Shown piece by piece: positions 62,449 to 64,000 of a stretch of DNA of 64,000 bases. Each line of letters opens with the position of its first letter. Position 1 is the first letter of the stretch. Both the position numbers and the translations under genes were made by a program. This stretch comes from a virus, in IMG/VR virus record IMGVR_UViG_3300008117_000079; one strand, given 5' to 3'. The notes beneath the pieces are model-generated. The model worked only from the letters and a program-made list of their open reading frames with translations, made no database searches and was not told the DNA's origin.

Positions 62449-63975
62449 TTAAACCGGTTTAAAAGTTCCATCTTTGTATTGATATAATGTATCTTCCCCA
62501 TTAATAACAACAATAGGATAACCATCATCGTCCCAAGTACCACTTAATCCGTTATCTCCAAGCCACTTAGTGAATCCTTCGCTAGTATTCTCATATTCAC
62601 CAGTAACCTCTTCTCTACCACAGGCTTTACTAATGAAATCAGGTTCATAATGTGAAAGCATTTTAGGTATATCACATAAATAATCACCCACTGTTACGTC
62701 ACCACCACTAACAATTGAGTGTAAGATACCCCAAACCATATAACCAGTAAATGCGCAAATACCAATTTTACCCGCAGTAGATAGTTTACCACCTTGCCCA
62801 CCACCAGCTTTTTTACCAACACAAAAACCAAGTACATCACCGGCAATATTTTTTGCACGCTCAATATTCCTAGCTCGTCTAGTTAATTGGTCTGCCTCTT
62901 CAGTACGACCTTCAGTTCTAAGTCTGTCCGCTTCCCTCTGAAGTCCGTTTATTTGGTCGTCACACATATCATTTAATTCTCTACGAATCATAGGTAATTG
63001 TTCGTTAAACTCTTCTGGTGTTAGACTACCAAATCTGTTACGAATATTATTGGCAATCAAATCTTTCTGTTCACGAGCAACTCTACCATAGATAGGGTTG
63101 TTAGTTATTAAATCAATTTGGTCATCTAATGCTTGTCTAACATTAAATGCTGGTGGCTGACCACCACCTTGGTTTCCTCCACCACCTTGGTTTCCTCCAC
63201 CACCTTGGTTTCCTCCGCCACCTTGTTGACCTCCGCCACCTTGTTGACCTCCGCCACCTTGTTGACCTCCGCCACCTTGTTGACCTCCACCGCCGGCTCC
63301 AGTACGTGTCGTTGGGGTTGTTGACACATAAGCAGAATTTGTTGCGGTATCTATCATATCAATTTGATCGTCAATTAGTTTAACTAATCTATCTTTTGTT
63401 GCTTGATCAATATCGGATAACGAAGCATTAATAATATTATTTTTTAAACGGGTTAAATTTGCCGCATGTGATGTTGCTGTTGCATCACTAACAGCGCCAG
63501 TCTCAATATCTCTACCGATTGTACGATTAAATGTATTCATCTGATTTTGTAAACTACCGGCTAAAGTGTTGTTGGTAATGTTCGTTGCTTGTCTATTGAA
63601 ATTTGACATATTAACATCACTAATTCTTCTGACAATATTACTAAAATTGTCCCTGCCTGATGTTGCCGCTAACCAGTATAATGCCTCAGCATCAGTTGTT
63701 ATTTGTTCACCAGCAGCCCTAGCTTCAGCTCTAGCTAAAGTTGTTAACTCATCAAAATTTCTAACGGTTCTTGATAGTGTATTTGTTGTATTTGCCCAAT
63801 CAACCATTTGAGTTTCAATCTCATTTCTGATTGCCGGATTTAAGTTTACGTCAAAAGCCTTAATTCTAGTTGGGTTTCCTATTGTTACCGCTTCATTAAC
63901 CGCATTTGAGTTTAATCTAACACCCATAATTTCTTTTATTCTTACTAGTTCTTCAATTAAAAGAGTATTTCTCAT
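62449..63975 (-). CDS. protein with (GGGGQQ/GGGGNQ)8 linker and C-terminal hydrophobic segment
   Basis: 508 aa. Central TGAGGGGQQGGGGQQ...GGGGNQGGGQPP encoded by 18-bp tandem repeats (63160-63300). C-terminal LSTAGKIGICAFTGYMVWGILHSIV hydrophobic segment. Confidence 0.45.
   Translation of the reverse strand: MRNTLLIEELVRIKEIMGVRLNSNAVNEAVTIGNPTRIKAFDVNLNPAIRNEIETQMVDWANTTNTLSRTVRNFDELTTLARAEARAAGEQITTDAEALYWLAATSGRDNFSNIVRRISDVNMSNFNRQATNITNNTLAGSLQNQMNTFNRTIGRDIETGAVSDATATSHAANLTRLKNNIINASLSDIDQATKDRLVKLIDDQIDMIDTATNSAYVSTTPTTRTGAGGGGQQGGGGQQGGGGQQGGGGQQGGGGNQGGGGNQGGGGNQGGGQPPAFNVRQALDDQIDLITNNPIYGRVAREQKDLIANNIRNRFGSLTPEEFNEQLPMIRRELNDMCDDQINGLQREADRLRTEGRTEEADQLTRRARNIERAKNIAGDVLGFCVGKKAGGGQGGKLSTAGKIGICAFTGYMVWGILHSIVSGGDVTVGDYLCDIPKMLSHYEPDFISKACGREEVTGEYENTSEGFTKWLGDNGLSGTWDDDGYPIVVINGEDTLYQYKDGTFKPV
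63160..63300. repeat. 18-bp tandem repeat x8 within coding sequence
   Basis: ggtttcctccaccaccttg / gttgacctccgccaccttg units repeated in tandem; encodes the Gly4-Gln2 / Gly4-Asn-Gln repeats. Confidence 0.75.
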
Positions 63976-64000
63976 AATATAATTTTATATATAAATATGT

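Noticed and set aside
63160-63300. CRISPR array suspected from regular 18-bp repeats
   Set aside because: Repeats are directly tandem with no spacers and lie in-frame inside a long ORF encoding (GGGGQQ)n; a coding tandem repeat, not CRISPR. No CRISPR-like repeat-spacer architecture anywhere in the window.

Overview
The window is AT-rich (roughly 30% GC) with almost all genes on the minus strand. It reads as part of a large T4-like tailed-phage genome, not a bacterial chromosome. Recognisable T4 core proteins are the major capsid protein gp23 (5735-7594), prohead protease gp21 (9486-10223), a scaffold-like acidic repeat protein, a probable portal and the large terminase gp17 (13811-15586). The host is inferred to be a Bacteroidota (Flavobacteriia-like) bacterium: three secreted proteins end in type IX secretion (T9SS) C-terminal sorting domains and several signal peptides end in the typical 'SQ' motif. 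Downstream of the head module is a fibre/adhesin block. It holds a SHAEG-repeat fibre, a 1338-aa Asn-rich beta-solenoid protein and two fibres sharing a GYVLTSDxSGNxxWQ motif, interleaved with a translationally coupled tandem array of six LamG_3-type paralogs. Further along are repeat-rich virion proteins, a nucleotidyltransferase-KTSC gene pair, and a proteostasis cluster (UVR-motif protein, N-domain-less ClpC-like AAA+ ATPase, clan-MH peptidase). Immediately after that cluster sits a plus-strand tmRNA (ssrA-like) with an unusual tag ending ...EVAVA. The rest comprises a lysis cassette (M23 peptidase, GH19-like muramidase, small holin-like ORF), a tRNA island (48.5-55.3 kb) with at least 16 tRNAs and several aberrant tRNA-like genes, an SPFH/band-7 protein, a YkuK-like RNase H-fold protein, a glycosyltransferase cluster (GT2, GT25) and two large low-complexity repeat proteins. 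The 1.3 kb after the tmRNA and the blocks at 49.8-50.2 kb and 51.4-51.9 kb are GC-rich and ORF-free, and probably encode structured RNAs not identifiable by eye. All homology calls are from motif recognition by reading translations; no database searches were run.
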